Source of the DNA: Takakia lepidozioides
Taxonomy: Eukaryota > Plantae > Bryophyta
DNA: 64,000 nt
Direction of reading: 5' to 3'
Assembly (NCBI GenBank): GCA_030704615.1
Contig: CM060734.1
Location: 32,302,001-32,366,000 of the forward strand
Part shown: one piece after another, positions 25,477-38,500 of the stretch
Layout: each line of letters starts with the position of its first letter
How positions within the stretch are numbered: the first letter of the stretch is position 1
Made by a program: the position numbers and the translations under genes
Notes under the pieces: generated by a model
Databases searched by the model: none
What the model saw: only the letters and a program-made list of their open reading frames with translations
What the model was told of the DNA's origin: nothing

Positions 25477-27668
25477 TTGAAGGAGGCCATTGGGACCCCG
25501 GCGGTGTGGAATGTTGGCGAAGTTCATGCGGAGAATAACAAGTATCAAGGAGGGCATGACATGAATCCTGATTTTATGCCGGAGAGAAGGTATACTGCCG
25601 AAAATTCTGACGTCGACGAGGATGAATCAAACCACATACCATCGAAGAGTTCTGAGAATCCGAGCGGAGGACTTGGAAGAAACAACTGGAGAAACTTGCA
25701 GTGCGTATTGTTGGGTGATGATGGGGGTGCACTGTTCGAGGGGAGGAGTCAAGCCTGCATTCCGGACGAGGTGATCCTCAATGATAAACTGGGAAAGGAC
25801 GATGTTGGAGTTATTGTCATCAGAATACTTTCTGGAGGATCTGGATTTTTGATGTCTCTTGTAAAATGGCCTTTAATAAAAACATGACTTTTGGAAAGTG
25901 GGAGACTACTCTCAAATGATCTGGAGAATTGTATTAGATCTTCTGACAGTATCTTGTACAAATCACGAGGCAGATGTGAAGAAAGCGGCGTATCGGCATT
26001 TTACAAGGAAGAAGAGGATCGAAATTTGGAACACTCCAAAAAAAGAATGAAGAATCTTACTCTGGAGGAAGTCCAGTCCGTGAGCAGCAAACCTTGCTGC
26101 AGACTTCATTGCTGTCAATATTTTGATTGGCGAAAAACCTTGGCTATCCGTACTTCGTTCTGGGGATCCACTTTCGATGAGAGGAGAGAACATGGACTAA
26201 ATGTTTCACAACGACTTCATATGCTGGAAGGGACCTCTCACAGGGCATACGTTACGATTGAGGGTGTAGATGTTTGTGAGACTACTTGGTGGACAATTCA
26301 TGGAGTACAAAAAGTTGAGTAAACAGGGTTGGTTGTCAAGTCTCCATGGGAACCGTGGAGTGAAGAGGCCACGCCCACGGACGCTTCAGGCAGAGAGTAA
26401 CATTATGTCCATTATCAATGGAAATACTGATCTCATGCCCCATAAGACAAGATGCATTGGGGAGGGAATGATGGATACTTTGAGAGTTTTACCACCTGAA
26501 ATGAACTAGAAGCGAATATGAGACGAGTCCAACGAGGTATGAAATCTCCATTCTTCAATTTCATTCCCGGAAGTTTTTTTCTGATTCAATGTGGATGACC
26601 CTCCCTTTGATTTTGTCTCTTTCGACTGTGGTTCTAGTTTCATGAACCTCCACTGTCCAGTGGACGTTCCTTTCCTGACCCTTCTTTATTGTAACAGACG
26701 AACAGACTCGTGCAGAAGACTGTACCATAGCTGGAGGAATGAGTCTGTTATGATTCCAGAGGAGTTTCTCTGTATTATTTACGACAAAAAAGGGATCATA
26801 GGAAAACAACTATTCCAAGGCTCCAGACTCCAAACAAGATGATTTCTGGATTTGGTCAGCTTCCAGTTTCACTAACAGGAATGGTCACGCACGGATACGA
26901 TGCTTGCTTTTCTATCCCTCCTGACTGCCAAAGATGTTTTTGAAGAGATTCAGCTAGGGTTTTCAATGGTCGGACACACCCATGAGAACATCGACGAGTT
27001 CTTCAGCTACCTTTCAAAGAAGCTAAATGAACGAAGCACCTACATTCTTTCGGATTTGATGAGGTCATTTATGACCTCGCAAGATCTGCAGTTCATTCCA
27101 CAGATTATTCAGGAGGTTCCTGACTTCAAGAATATTGTAAAGGGCTGTACGTATTCATCTGCTTGAGGGATTCTGGTCGAAAACAAATTGGTTCAAGAAT
27201 CATCTGAGAGATGGAATCCATCCACATATAGTGCCAGATGTGGAAGAAGAGGATGAAATCCTAGAACCTTACTATGGCCCGAGGTGTGAGCGACCAAGAA
27301 TATCCTTGAATCCGTTCAAGGATATTGAGAAAGGGTTTTTTGTGCTCGTTCGCCCTCATGACCCAAGTATGTGCCCGGTCTGGATGGGGGTGGCAATATC
27401 TGACGTGATCCGCGAAAAGGAGGATCCTAATTTTAAGAAGGTGAAAGTGGAGTGGTGGAGACCGAGAAAAGGTGGTAACCCAACAGACTTGGAAAGGTAC
27501 ATGGACTGTTGGTCAAAACTTTGGGAGTATAACTCGTCAGATCCTCCTCAATGGATCCACGTGAACAATGTTGTGTGGACAATGCCTCCACGAAAAAATA
27601 CGACAAGGAATAGCACTAAGAGAATTACTGTCGCCGAAGCAGTGAAGGCGCGCGCTAATTTGGAGTAG
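25477..27668 (+). pseudogene. DUF7869-type (Sola1-like) DDD transposase, internally deleted
   Basis: N-terminal CCxxxC...VCETTWWTIHGV, HGNRG and DLMP motifs; intron 26537-26697; FLCIIYDK.DHRKTTIPRL...LTGMVTHG joined directly to MLAFLSLL...FEEIQLGFSMVGHTHENIDEFFSYLS. The middle LQLDN..ENKN block is absent. C-terminal ORF 27231-27668. Confidence 0.7.
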
Positions 27669-28449
27669 GTAATTGTCAGTCAGAAAGCGAGTCGTGCGAA
27701 CGAGTTCTAGACCAAGGACACATTGTTGAGGTCAACTCCAGTACTTCGATTTAAGAAATAAATTTTTTCTTCTCTATATTGCTCTTCTTGTTTGCGTTGG
27801 GGGATCTTTTTTGTTATCTTCTTATGTCGCACTGAACCTCGAATATCCAGTGGACGTTCTCGTCCTTTGTTTCTGGTGTGCTGGATTCTGGCCTGCTGTA
27901 CGTTCTGGTCAACAAAGAAAACCCTGTGGGGGAGTTTCGCCTACATAACATATAGATCACAAGAACAAAAATGGCGGGCAAAGAGGTTTTTAACAACGAA
28001 AGAAAATAGCCCATTTCCAGTCATTCTCTCAAAGATTGAACTTGCTTTTCGCATAACCAATTCTCCCACTGAAGTCTCCTACTAGGAGGAGCCTTACCCA
28101 ATCGTTGTTGACATACTTTTCAATTTGTTAGTCCTAAAGTTTTTTCTCTAAGGTTTTCCTCCATTTTCCCTCTAAGCTCTACGACTTTTCTGCACCAAAT
28201 TTTCATTTCATTTCATTTTGATACTTCTCATCTTTGACAATGGTTTAAGAGGGCATTTCACATGTTGTTCAAATTTTAAGCAATTTTCATTTCTCTTAGT
28301 TTTTATTTGGTGGTCTGACTTTTTATCCTCTCTCATGTTTTCTTCAAATCCATTTTATTCCATGAGATCCAGTCGCTTCCCAAAGTCGTTATATGACGCC
28401 ATTTTCTTTCCAAATCTCATAGGGTGTACTTTCATTTTTTTTTTTTAGC

Positions 28450-29535
28450 AATTTAGGATTTAGGATTGACATACATTTTTTATAGTACCTTGCTTTTTAT
28501 GTTAGCATTACCCCTAACCCTTACCCTTTTCTGCAAATGGCCCATGAACTATTCATACCATAACCATAGCCATAGCCATAACCATTATGGTTATTGAAAT
28601 GTCTTCTCCCTTCACATTTGCACTAGTTTTTTCCTTTGTTTTGGATTGACATGCATTTAGGCATGTTACAGTTTGCTTTCTATGTTACATCTTAATACCA
28701 GGTTCCAAGGACGAGTCTTTCATTTAAATATTTGTCCATAATATTAGGTTCTTCATTTTTATTTTGCTTACTAGTACCCTACTAACAAGTTCTAGCGACT
28801 GGAGTCTTCTATGAGTGTTTGTCTATTTTGTAACTTAAACAAAAATCCTAAACCCCTACCCTAAATCCTTACTATAAAACCCTAAACATTTACTCTTAAC
28901 CCAATACCCCAGAACCCTTTCCCTTCCCTTTGCAAATGAGAATCAACTATCCATACCATAACCATAAACATTTTGGTTATCCAAATTTCTTCAATGTATC
29001 CAAATTTCCATTTTGTACCCTACTAACACACACTAAATTGTAGCGAGTGCAAGTCTTCCGGCATGTATGCTCACCATTTCTGCCTTCAACCCAAACCCTA
29101 AACCCTTGTCGAAAACCCTAAGCAAAACCCTACGCCATTGTTACGTCTAAACCCTTATCCTTCCTCTGCAAATGGGAATGAAGTATCCATACCATAACCA
29201 TAACTATTATGGTTATTCAAATCTCTTTGCCCTTCACTTTGCGCAAGGTTTTTGGATTGACATGCACTTACATTTTTTATCAAACTTTGTTTTCTATGTA
29301 TCTTAATACTAGGTTCCAAGGACGAGTCTTTCATTTAAATACTTGTTCGATGCAATGACTACACTTCCATAATATTAGGTTCTTCATTTTTATTTTGCTT
29401 ACTACCTTACTAACAACACTAAGTTGTAGCGAGTGCGAGTCTTCCGACATGTATGCTCACCATTTCTGCTTGCAACCCAAACCCTAAACCCTCGTCGGGA
29501 ACCCTAAGCAAAACCCTACGCCATTGTTACGTCCT
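28450..29535. repeat. Subterminal direct duplications with scattered AAACCCT telobox-like words
   Basis: 28640-28800 resembles 29250-29430 and 29040-29145 resembles 29425-29535; CCCTAAACCC words are interspersed. Confidence 0.8.
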
Positions 29536-29698
29536 CAGTATTTAGATTGAGGATTCTCACCTGTAATTTCACAAAGTTCAATCACACATTACACCATGAT
29601 ATTATTAATATTTCAATTAATTTTAATGCAAATACATATTAAGTTTAGTCCAGGATTTAAGCCAAAAGTCCAGAATGAATTAAAATAGTGTTATATTC

Positions 29699-30099
29699 CA
29701 GTGTTGTACTGGTATAGAGGGTTTCACCCATGTATCAATACTGGGTATAAATCTGGTATTGCAGAACCTACCCGCCTGTTATTGATTTCTCAATACCAGT
29801 ACTGATACCAGTACTACCCAGCCATCTTCCTCATTTATATTGGTATCAATACTATATTAAATTATTATATATATGCCTATGTATTTATACGTATTTTATA
29901 TTTATTTAATATAATATATAACATAATATATATTTTATTATTTTGTTTATTTACTTGGAATGATATCCTATTGATACTATATACCACATGATATTTGTGG
30001 TCATAATACTCATATTCATACCAGTATATAAAAAAAAACATTTCCACCATTATAGATACCCAACTGGTATGTCCTAAACCTGATACCAATACAACATTG
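29699..30099. mobile_element. hAT-type MITE
   Basis: TIRs CAGTGTTGTACTGGTAT / ATACCAATACAACATTG (15/17); 8-bp TSD TTATATTC / GTATATTC; internal ATACCAG repeats. Confidence 0.85.
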
Positions 30100-30204
30100 G
30101 TATATTCCCCTTTTCAATCATTAAAAAATACCCTCAAATATATATATGTATGTCTTTATATTATATCAAATACATTCATTTAAAAACAGACCTCGGCCGG
30201 TAGG

Positions 30205-30600
30205 TCCAAATTTTATGAAATCAAGTTGGTGCATCCCTACTCATTGAGGGCTTTCCAACTGTACCAAAATCGTGGCTAGAGGCCCCACAGTTTGGAAGAT
30301 CTCAAGGATCCTACAAATAATATTGTGTTAATATCATATTTGAAAAAAAAACCCAATTTTCATTTATGTCCCCGTGCACAAATGGCAAATGAAGGGCCAG
30401 TCATTGTTGCAAGAAAGCCCACTTTGCTGATTTTCGCGAGTTTCCAACGACCAAAAGTACTTGAAAATTCATATCTCCCACATCGCAAGTCCCAAAATTA
30501 TGAGACCAAGCCGGTGCATCCTTCCTCATTGAGGGCTTTCCAATGGTACCAAACACCAGGGCTGGGCCCCCCGGTTTGGGAGATCTCAACGATGACACAA
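30205..30600 (+). repeat. Two ~110-bp direct repeats (TE-derived)
   Basis: CAAATTTTATGAAATCAAG...GGTGCATCC..CTCATTGAGGGCTTTCCAA...AGATCTCAA at ~30205-30315 and ~30493-30600. Confidence 0.7.
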
Positions 30601-32547
30601 AACACAACAAACTCTCTTTTTTCTATATTACTATTAATCGTCACATTTCTTTTGAGAATCGTGGAGTAGCCTAGTGGTATGGAGATATTCGTGGTATGTA
30701 GTTGGTCTTGAGTTCAAACTTTGATCAACAAAATATATTTGTTTTTGTAGTTTTTGAAAAAATCAAAATTGCATGGTGATTTGAGCCCATAATGGATGTC
30801 ATGACAATGCTATTCCTTACCAATACACTACCTTCTTAATCATGATAACCCCATGCTCTAGACTTATGTTTAACGTATTGTTTACCCCCCTATGTATGTA
30901 TAATGTTGTACATGGGGGGGTTAAAAATACCCCTTCCTATGCACGCACGTGGCTGGTACAGGTTGGCTGGGTGCACCCCCCATGCCTTTGATGACTTCCA
31001 TATCAAGGTTCAAGACTGGCTGATCAGCGCTGGAGGCTGCTGCTGCTTCGCTCCATGCTTCAACATGCCTATCAGGAGGAGAGGAGACATAGAGAACAAA
31101 GCCCAGCAACCCCAGGCCACCAGCCCTATTGTAGTTACTACTATGCCTTCGTTCTCTATGCGGCCGAGATGATCGGAAGGAGGAGTTCCTTGGGGGTCCA
31201 CCGGAAGCAGCATTCGGCCATAGTTATCAGGCGAACGCCATAAAGGACCAAACCCAAAAAACCTCTGGTAACAGGCAGAGGGCAAGAAGGCTAGAGGACA
31301 GAAATGTTGAAAGCGGCGAGCTTCGCTTGTGGGTCTGGAGAAGCTCAGAACAAGAGAGACGGATGAGCAGACACGGAACCGCGAGGAGAGGAGAGCAAGA
31401 CTTTTGCAAGGGCGCCAAAAGTTAGCAATAAGAGATGGGGGGGGAGAGGAAGGAGGAGGATGCTTATCTAAAAAGTCATACGGTAACTGCCGCAATGAGC
31501 TCTTCAAAGCTCCTCATGCTCCTCACCTTTAGGACCATGTTCCCAAAAATTCTCCAATTTTGCTCCCCTGTTCCCGTCCCCAAATCCTTGCTCCCCATAG
31601 TGGGATAGGGGAGCGGGGACTGGGAAGAGGGGAGCGCATTCATATTTTTTCATTAAAGATCTTATCTTGCGAAGCCCATTTCACATTTTTGCCTTCCATT
31701 TCTTGTCAACTCTATAAATTAAGTGTGTGATATGTCTTTGGAAAGCTAACTTGGTTTCCTAACTATCTTTTCAAGTTTCATTCAAATCCAAGATGCTTTG
31801 CAAAGTTAGGTCCACAATTCTAAGCCTATCCATTTCATTTTGTTTGTTTTTGGCTGTTTGGCCTTGCTGTGCATTATTTCCTTCCATTTCTTGTCAACTC
31901 TATGAATTTTAATGTGTGATATGTCTTTGGAAAGCTAACTTGGTTTCCTAACTCTATCATTCCACATATGCATGTTTGGTCGATAAACGTAAGTGACAAA
32001 ATAGATTACATGCCCATCTATTTTTGAGATTAGATTGCCAACGTGCCCATCATGGGCTCAATGGCACAACAAGATTTTGTTGTTTTTTCAAACCAATTTC
32101 TAGTTGAAATGGACAATGGTCCGGACTCAGCCTGATTGGTGGAAATTAGTCGGAGTGCACACAATTGACTCGGCATTTACGACTATCATTAGCCAGAAAA
32201 AAAAACAAAAAACAAAAAAGCCTCAAACAGCAATGGGGTCTCTTGCTTTGGCAAAACAGTAAGACTAGGGAGCATGAGTCAGCACAACACACCAATGGGA
32301 GCCTTGACAGGGTGTAAGGTCCTTTCACCACATTTTCTCCGTTGACTTCAATATGCAGAGAGCTAACAAATAACTAAGACCTAACTTGTGGTGTGTCATT
32401 TTGAAGGAAGTATTCGACAGTGCATAGTGCCCTAAGCACTCGGATGGGAGCTGGGTACAGAGGAAGAGAGGAAGGAAGCGATTGGGCTGCGTTTCCATGA
32501 GCGTTTCTGTCACAGAGAGGACCCGGCATCACCTTGCGGAGCTAAAT

Positions 32548-35500
32548 ATGGTAGGACCACTGATTGTATTGCAAATGATAAATCGCACAAACTTACAAAG
32601 AATTTCTTCAATTTGGAAAACACTACCAATTTGCGTAACTGTCTCTGGCCAAGCTGCAAATTACATGGCACATTGCAGATATTTGGAATGGGTACAGGGA
32701 ATTTTTTTTCATTGAGGACTGTCAACCATGTTTGTAAGCTCCGTTTCTGATGGGTGTGTGTATTTGGGGCATGTGGGAGGGAGCAGGATTACTTCAAGTC
32801 GCTCGTTCCGTCACAGCTCGTTGCTGAACGAGGTGCAGAGATAGTGGTCATAAACCCTGGTACGCCCATGGCTACTATTTGAATGAAGCCGAAGTTGATT
32901 ATATGCAATCGATCAGTATGTCCCCACTCAATTGATTTAACGACAAATCATGCTGTTGCAACTTTGCTGAGTAGGGCACTTAAAAAGTGGTCTTTTTCTC
33001 TCACTTTCTTTACTCCTCAAGGTCTGCAATCAATTCATTCTTTTAGTATGAAGGTGTCGATGCCAGCCCTCAAATCAACACTCAACTCCGCCACCATCTG
33101 GAATGGGCAGTGCGGGATTGCAATGGCTATTCCAAATATGTTTGACACCTTGGGGGGGGGGTAGGGGGTGTTAAACCCTCATGATCAGCTTTGGAAGGGT
33201 TAGTCTCTCGAGGGGAGCAATTTCCCTTTTGCAATTTTCCCAACAGTCATAGGGAACAGTCAATGCATCAAATATTCTCGCAATGTTTGTCTCAGATTCC
33301 ATGAAGCGTGGATTCGAATCGGAAACATGCCTAACCTCAACAGAAATGGAAAAGGATGATGATCCGACCTCTTAATGTGGAATGACTTGCATGCAGGCTC
33401 GGCACATGTGCGAATAGGCCTGGCATCCTCACAGGCCCCCTTTACCGTTACTCACTGTATTGCTCACCATATTCAGATCGGCTCCAGAGATGGCAAAGAA
33501 GAAGCTGCTGGATGCCAGGTGAAAGGGGCAGTCGGTGAGCAATGGGTGAGTATCAACAAAATGAGCGTTGCACTGTAGCCAGAGCATCAAAATAGTCAAT
33601 TCTGCTGATTATACTGGAATTATAAAGGCATCTAGGAGCTTGCATGAAATTGTTGCTTACACTGCAGCAAAGACTGACTTGCTTGTTTATTTGGTGCATA
33701 CCAGTGTGGTACCAGCTCTCTGTTGGCAAGCAGGAGAAAGGAACGCGAAGAAGTATTGGAGATGGTACAGACAAGTCCCAAGCCTAGCTCCTTTGCATTA
33801 TCTATCTCATCTCCATGCTAAGGGGGAGGTCTGTGGCTGCTGATAGGACAATTTTGAATTGTAGGACATCTCTGTTTATGTGTCCATTCTCTTGGCTTCA
33901 TAATTTCTCATACAATTGATTAGCCAGCTGTATTTTCTTACAAAGCACAGTAGTGTGCACAGTTCGGGGTTGGAATGAACAGTTGGGAGTTGGAATGTCA
34001 GGTTGAGATGCAGCTAAAGCTCAAGCCCTTTTTTCCAGAACCAGGAAAGGTGAGAAGCTCTGCAAGGATAACTTCACGTTCCCATTGTGTGACTCATTTG
34101 TGATTGGTCCTTCTACTGATATTGGCCCCTGTATAACAAAACCGAAATCAGAGCTATACTCTACTTCTCGTTGGATTGCTGGAAAAGCATAACTTTGATT
34201 TGGTCGTGCGAAGTTCGTATGACAACTGAACTTGAGCCAGAGTGGGAACAGATGTCTATGGAGGCAATGCATTGACTTCAACACACTTGATAGGTGGGCC
34301 CATTCTAGGGACACCAAAACATGTTACTTGAGGGTGCACTTGGATTAGAGGTGACCATAGGAAAAGCAGCACTGAAGGAACTGGGTGCCAGGCAGGCGCC
34401 TCGGAAGGGAAAAACTGTGCATTGGTTCCTGAGGATGAGGACGTGATGTTTTCATGGACCCGTGTGGAGGATGATGCTGTGGTGAAGGAACTGAGTCCAT
34501 TGAAGACCCAGCAATCGCTACCCAAGTCATCTTCCAACTGCATGCCTGAAGGTTTGATTGTGAGACTCTCCGTGTATGAAAATCTGTTTATTTGTGTTGT
34601 CTTTGTCTTTTCTTGTTTTGGAAATGGGTGGATGTTTCTATTGAAGGGTTGAACGTCAGTCAAACCATAATTTTCTTTCCCATGTTTATTATAGTACTTA
34701 CACTACTCCAGACTTAGCAGTGAATGCATTGGAATCTGGGCCTGAAATACAGTGAAATTTATGTTGAGAAGGTGGTGTCTGTATTCCATACATCATTTCT
34801 CAACGTCCATTTCAGTCAGATCTGCATCTATGAGAACGATAGAGATTCAGGATGGAAGATTTATTGACCATACTTCTGACAACTGTGGAAAGGTGAGCTT
34901 TGCTATTGATTGGCAGTACTCATATATGTGCCCTGCTTATTATCTCCTGGTGGATTGAAGCTCTTAGACCACACTTGGCAGGTAATGAGTTGGGAGCCAA
35001 TCTGGATCATAAACACGAATGGACAAATGCAGAAGTTGCCGCAAAAGAGACTACAGAAAATGGGATGCCTGAGAGGGGAAGTCAGAGACCAAGAAAGTTT
35101 CGAAAGTTCATTTGTGGACCAGATTCCTTGAGAATTGCGGCTGGCCAGCCTTACTGCCTGCGCCGGCCTATGTGCCGTGGACGCCTCAATGTGTCGAATC
35201 AGTACTCTCTGCAGCAGGTACGTACATGATCGAAATGTGTATATTGTATGTGCATGGAGGCAACATACGATGCGTGCTTAAAGTGAGTGGATGACATACC
35301 ACCGACAATAGGTATATAGGGAGCTGATTGAGAAGATTTTCCTTGATCCTGCAATGTTATCACTGATGGTATTTTGTATGTATAGCTCCTTGTCGTTCAG
35401 CACCAGGAGGTTCCAAGGGAATTGTCTTATGACAAGGTTCTTTGGGCTTGGTAGTTGAACTCCTTGCTGGTCAATGATGCCTGTGTTGGTGGTTTGAGTT

Positions 35501-38500
35501 TTGCACATTCTGTGTTTGGACTCACATGATTGGTTGTTTTGGTGGTTTTACATAGACCCTGTAAACTACATATCTGCCATTGATGTCTCAATATGTTGTG
35601 GCCATGGCCAGGTATGTGATGACATGAACATCATATGGGATTGGGTATTAACAGAGAAGTGTAATCTGACCGCCAAACACCGGCAAAAGATGTCTGCTGT
35701 GCTGGTGGTCCCTGACACTCTTGATAACCGAGGTGTGAGTCTGTTCTTACTGCTTTTTTCCAAGACTGTTTTGTCAGTTATTGACATTGTTCTTATGAGG
35801 AGGTCAGAGCTATCAGAGTGGTACTGAAACCTATACATTACATAAAGAAAACTGAGTAGTTGTATGTAACAAAACTGAGTAATTGATAAGGCAGGGCATA
35901 TTCAAACATTGTAGGGCCGGCATCTCACCAATGTGGGATCTACATCTGAGAACATCTCCCTTTTTCTTGGGCTATGAATAGTGCTGAAGTCCACCTCATG
36001 GTAGACTGCCAACACCCTTCTCTTTACCATCCCTCTTTGCCCTGTACCTGGGTTGTCAGGGGCTGTGTGAGCGCTTGGTAGTTCCTAACTTGGTCTTGTA
36101 CTTGGAGGGTTTAAACCCTCTGGGGTCCAGTGCTGGCTGCTTAGTGTCCGGACTTGTTGTAACCATCAGCTCTCTGGGGGTCGCAGAAGTGAAAGAAATG
36201 CTGACAGTTATCCTAAGAGACCTTCAATTTCGCGCTGCTGTAAGTTTCCAGGTATGCGCCTCGTCTTCTAATGTGTCAATTGTTAATTTTAATGTGACTT
36301 GAGTGCTGGAAATTTTTCACAATTCTTATCTTTTAATATTTATATGTTGTCTGCCTACTTTTCCAGGAGTGTGTGGCAGCCACATTTGGAAAAGGTATAT
36401 CATCAGGGTGTGTTGTCAACATGGGCGCCCAAGTAACATCAGTAATGTGTATTGAGGTGGTTTACCCTTTTCCTTGTGAAGTCAAGAAGTTCTCTAGAGC
36501 TGGTAGTGGGTTAATGGGAGGTAAAACCGTGACATGGTCAAATTGTTGAACAATCCATACTGCTATAAGCAGGCAGCACTACTGCAGACAATCTACATCT
36601 CTTCACTGTAGAGGGCCTGAAACTGTATTTCCTTCCTGCAGCATGGCATGTGTCAGTACATGAAGATTACTTGAGGACGAAGAGGTAAAGAGAAGTCATG
36701 TGCTAATGTGGGTTCTTGCTGATGAGTTTCAGGAAGGAGTGGCTCTGCCGACAACACGTTTGGTGCTCCCCTTTGGTGGAGAGGTATGTGAAAGAAACAG
36801 AGAAATAAAGCAAGGTTCGTTTCTGGTATTTATACAATATTGGAGAATTAAGCTGGCGACTTACAAGGGAATCAGCCATGATGAAAGCCAGTCTTCCAGG
36901 GCAATCATCACTGGTCATGGGTCTACCCATGGCCAGTAACACTCCATGTCAAATCAACCGGATAATAAATTGATGTATAATGCTTCAACTCCAATAGTCT
37001 TATCCTAACATTCTGACTGGAATTGTTCCATTGTTGGCTTAGCCACTCTCTTATATTATATTTGGATGTCTTTGAAGCAGGATATATCAAGGTGTTTGCT
37101 ATGGGTGCAACAGCAAAGGCAGACATGGCCCTCTATTGATAGCAATGTGCTGCACGATCCTTTGGACTTCCAAATGCTCAACGAGTTGAAGGAGGCCCAC
37201 TGCTTGATTACAGTATGGAGTTTTGCCCTACCTGTAACTTTGAAGCATTCCCTGTAAGTAGGACACTCTTGTGGATCAATTACTAATTTTAGCTAGAGTT
37301 GATGAAGATCACGTTTCTGTGGGAAACCCTAGTCAAGGACAAGAAAACCCAACTAAATTTTAAGCTTTCCCAGATGAAGGGGTCTAGCAATTAGTCAACC
37401 AGGGCTTTTGAGTTGTTACTCTGGTTGCATATGGTGTGTTAAGGCTGTCGTTTTTTCTATAGCAAGGGTGTTGCTTGAAATGGAGGCAAACCACGATCTG
37501 CAAATTGGAGAATTTTTAAATCTGGAAAGCCGTATTATTGAGCTAGCTTTATGTCTGCAGGAAGGTGAGAGGCGGGCTGTGGCAGAGGTTCGATGTCGCA
37601 TGGCAGGCCAACCTACTCGCGTTGACAGAGTCTCTCTATCTGCTTTGAATGTACACCCCTGGACCCTCCTGTGTTGCACTACCGGTTGTTATCCTCCTTA
37701 GGTCTGGAAAAGCAACGGTCTCCATGATTCAGTTATGATCTGAAGATGACGTATATAATGTAGGACTATACAACAATTGAACCAATATGTTGTTGAACAA
37801 GTGTATGCTGAGTTTTGATTTTGCAGGTGCCACCCATGGGCCTCTTTTACCCTGCTCTTCTCGCACCTGAGGAGTATGCACCGCTGGTGCGGCCTTGGTA
37901 AGTTCTCTCCAGCTAGATGTCAGTCCCTCTGCAGATGCAAGACTTGTATGTTCACATCCTATGTTTGGGCTGCTTGATGCTGTTGATTATCAAAAGGCCT
38001 CGGTTCTCTTTCTCTCTCGATTCATATACCTTCACTCACCACTCCAGCCTAGTCCATGGTTGCTTTTGGAGAGCTGTCAGCTGATTTCCTCTTAACTGGA
38101 TGGGGTTGTCTCCTGCAGGGTCTAGGCTGGAATGTTAGAGAAAATGTATACTTCTTTCTCTTTTTTAGCTTTTTGTATGTTTACATCCTATGTTTGGGCT
38201 GCCTTGATGTTGTTGATTATTCAATTATCAACTCGACTCAGATACCCTCACTCAGTACTCCAGCCTAGTCTTGCAACTTGGACATGGTTTGCTTTGGAGA
38301 GCTGTCAGCTCTATATTGGGGTTTCCTCTTAACTGGAATGGGTTGTATCCTGCAGGGTCTAGGCTGGAATGCTATAGAAAGTGTATGCTTCTTTCTGCTT
38401 TTTAGCTTTTTGTTATAAATTGTACAAAGAGCCCTCTGGCTCCCCCCTTGATGTTTTAAAGTATCTTTCTTTCTTTCTCCCTCTCTCACCAAGGATATGT

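Larger units (their letters stand above)
11662..29535 (+). mobile_element. Large cargo-carrying DNA transposon (ParB-like + NIF phosphatase-like + DUF7869/Sola1-like transposase), decayed; boundaries approximate
   Basis: Starts where gag is cut. All native ORF relics are on +. A shared palindrome occurs from 13851 to 27859. Repeat-rich subterminal zones at 11690-12430 and 28450-29535. No convincing TIR pair or TSD found. Confidence 0.6.

Noticed and set aside
11662-29560. TIR pair CAGCCCTCTCCAATCTGAGGG versus CCTCAGTATTTAGATTGAGG
   Set aside because: Match is too weak and there is no TSD; the termini remain undefined.
30661-30830. tRNA-like A/B boxes (also near 5415-5480 and 10255-10320)
   Set aside because: No complete cloverleaf can be formed; at most tRNA-derived relics inside TEs.
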